Positions 62,152 to 64,000 of a stretch of 64,000 bases of DNA are shown in pieces (positions within the stretch are counted from its first letter, which is position 1; every line of letters starts with the position of its first letter). The notes beneath the pieces were generated by a model, which searched no databases, was not told the origin of the DNA, and saw nothing but the letters and a program-made list of their open reading frames with translations. The DNA comes from Octopus sinensis (taxonomy: Eukaryota), in contig NC_043002.1 of assembly GCF_006345805.1 (NCBI RefSeq), positions 113,336,001-113,400,000 of the forward strand. The letters are read 5' to 3'. The position numbers were made by a program, and so were the translations under genes.

Positions 62152-63104
62152 ATATATATATATGCCCCGTGATGAAGTTTTTTGCATTTGACTGAATTAA
62201 AACATGACTTGAACAGTATTATATTTTTCTAAAATCCCTACTAAGCCAATTGTAATACTAATCCAACGGCGCATCAATGGCCGTCTCATATTTGATTCCT
62301 GCGTATCTGGAATGTACATTACTAATGGAATTTAAATATTTCCATGTTACTCTTACTATATCCTCCATGAAATATAAAGTATTGCTTTTTCTTTGCCTCT
62401 CGCCACCACAGTTATGTCTGTCTGTCTCATTATTCTAAAGCTGACAATAGCTACTCGCCATACTGTCTTTCCGCTACCACCACAGTATGTCAAACATATA
62501 TAAAGACGCACAAACTTGTGTATATATATATATATATATGTGTGTGTATGTTCGTGTGAGTGTTTATATTATATATATATATACATACATACATACATAC
62601 ATACATACATACATACATACATACATACATACACATAAATGTACACACACGCGCGCATACATCGATGTTTACTGACTTACTGACACATTTCACACATACT
62701 ACACATACAGAAGGGTTCTTTTTCTGTGAGTCGAGATGCTCTATCAGTAATGTCAAAAGCCAGAGAAAAATATTTCAACATTCGCGTCGACTTTTTGCTA
62801 TTCATATCGACATTCAGGCTTTAGAGATGCTCAGTCTTCAGCGCTCTCTGTAATTACATTCATATCATTCCTTCCCAGACCCACATACACAGAGAAACAC
62901 ACACGTACACACACATACAACACACACACATATAAATCTATACATACATACGTATATATGTGCGTGTGTGAGTGGGCGCTTGTATGAGTGTGTGAGTGTG
63001 TGTATGTGTGTCTGTCTGTGTATATGTGTGTCTGTCTGTGTGTATGTGTGTCTGTCTGTGTGTATGTGTGTGTGTACGTAATTATTATTTATATATGTAT
63101 ATAA

Positions 63105-63260
63105 AGGCGCCGAGCTGACTGGAATAGTTAGCATGCCGGACAAAATGCTTAGCGGCATTTCGTCCGTCTTTACGTTCTGTGTTCAAATTCCACCGAGGTC
63201 GAATTTGCATTTCATTCTTTCGCGGTCGATCAAATAGTACCACTTGATCATTGGTGTCAA
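63105..63260 (+). mobile_element. SINE-B 5' part
   Basis: aaggcgccgagctg...ttcaaattccaccgaggtcga. Confidence 0.8.
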
Positions 63261-63630
63261 AGTGATGATGGGGCACAAATATACGAAACTCAATATACCC
63301 ATTATGACTACCCGTCTGCTAAGGGTACGCCAGGCATATGCATTACAACCATATGGTGCGCGACGTGACGACCTCGTATCAAGACACAAACGCATGACCT
63401 TGCAGATAGGGCCCAATTAGAATTTCTTTCGTGTCGAGCAACTCATCGCGCTCAAAAGTTCCCTACATAAGGGTTGGTTACGTCTGATGAACGAAAAACC
63501 CATGTTTCAAACCCTAAAAAATTCCTCTCAGCACATAGCTAAGATGCTCCCCCATTACTCCTGGTCGTGAGAGTGATACGCAAATCGCCAACCATAAAGA
63601 AGATGAAACCACTAAGAAGTAAATCTTAGG

Positions 63631-63906
63631 CTATCAGATGTTGCTACACATCGCTGATCACAATGCGCTTCGCATTGTTTTAGCCTTCAAATGACGCCAC
63701 CCCGCTGGCTAAGCCAGCAGGCCAACAGAAGAAAGAGTGAGAGAAAGTTGTGACGAAAGAGTACTGCAGGAATCGCCACCACCCACTGCGTGGAGCTTTA
63801 GGTGTTTTCGCTCAATAAACACTCACAACGCCCGGTCTGGGAATCGAAACCGCAATCCCACAACCGCAAGTCCGCTGTCCTAACCACTGGGCCATTGCGC
63901 CTCCAC
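63631..63906 (-). mobile_element. SINE-A' (SINE-A head/body with a different 3' tail)
   Basis: 63725-63906 matches the SINE-A 5' half; the tail matches 26026-26139 instead of the SINE-A tail. Confidence 0.85.
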
Positions 63907-64000
63907 AAATCTGATGTATTGAGTAGAAAACTTGATACAGCCCATCCTTTACACCAAGACAAAATAGCTAAGACCAGAAACCACGAGAGCCACTTCTTGG

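Overview
Eukaryotic, AT-rich, extremely repeat-dense DNA. The SINE families, microsatellite load and TTAGGG repeat point to a coleoid cephalopod (Octopus-type); this is inferred from recognising repeats, not from a database search. No intact protein-coding gene, rRNA, true tRNA or CRISPR array is visible, and most ORF-track entries are translated microsatellites. The window is a mosaic of three tRNA-derived SINE families (here A, B, C), many Penelope-like element (PLE) fragments and pseudo-LTRs (pLTRs) carrying hammerhead ribozyme (HHR) motifs, a 5'-truncated Tx1/L1-clade LINE, an R4/Dong-type RLE LINE in permuted order, a CR1 3' end, a Tc1 deletion derivative, several MITEs and Helentron/Helitron-like elements. 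It may be intronic (one strong 21-nt microexon candidate). Main leads: (1) two different poly(A)-type retroelements with a shared terminal hairpin inserted at the same nucleotide of the SINE-C tRNA head, suggesting SINE-targeted Tx1 insertion; (2) several PLE-associated hammerheads with non-canonical cores, including two independent compensatory U3-A8 cores; (3) a tandem-plus-inverted array of a 547-bp HHR-bearing unit resembling a retrozyme or PLE multimer; (4) recurrent fold-back palindromes at PLE 5' truncation points. Single-base homopolymer indels between near-identical copies suggest residual long-read errors, so the most recent duplications need read-level confirmation. Most element boundaries are approximate; TSD, TIR and ribozyme coordinates were counted from the sequence.
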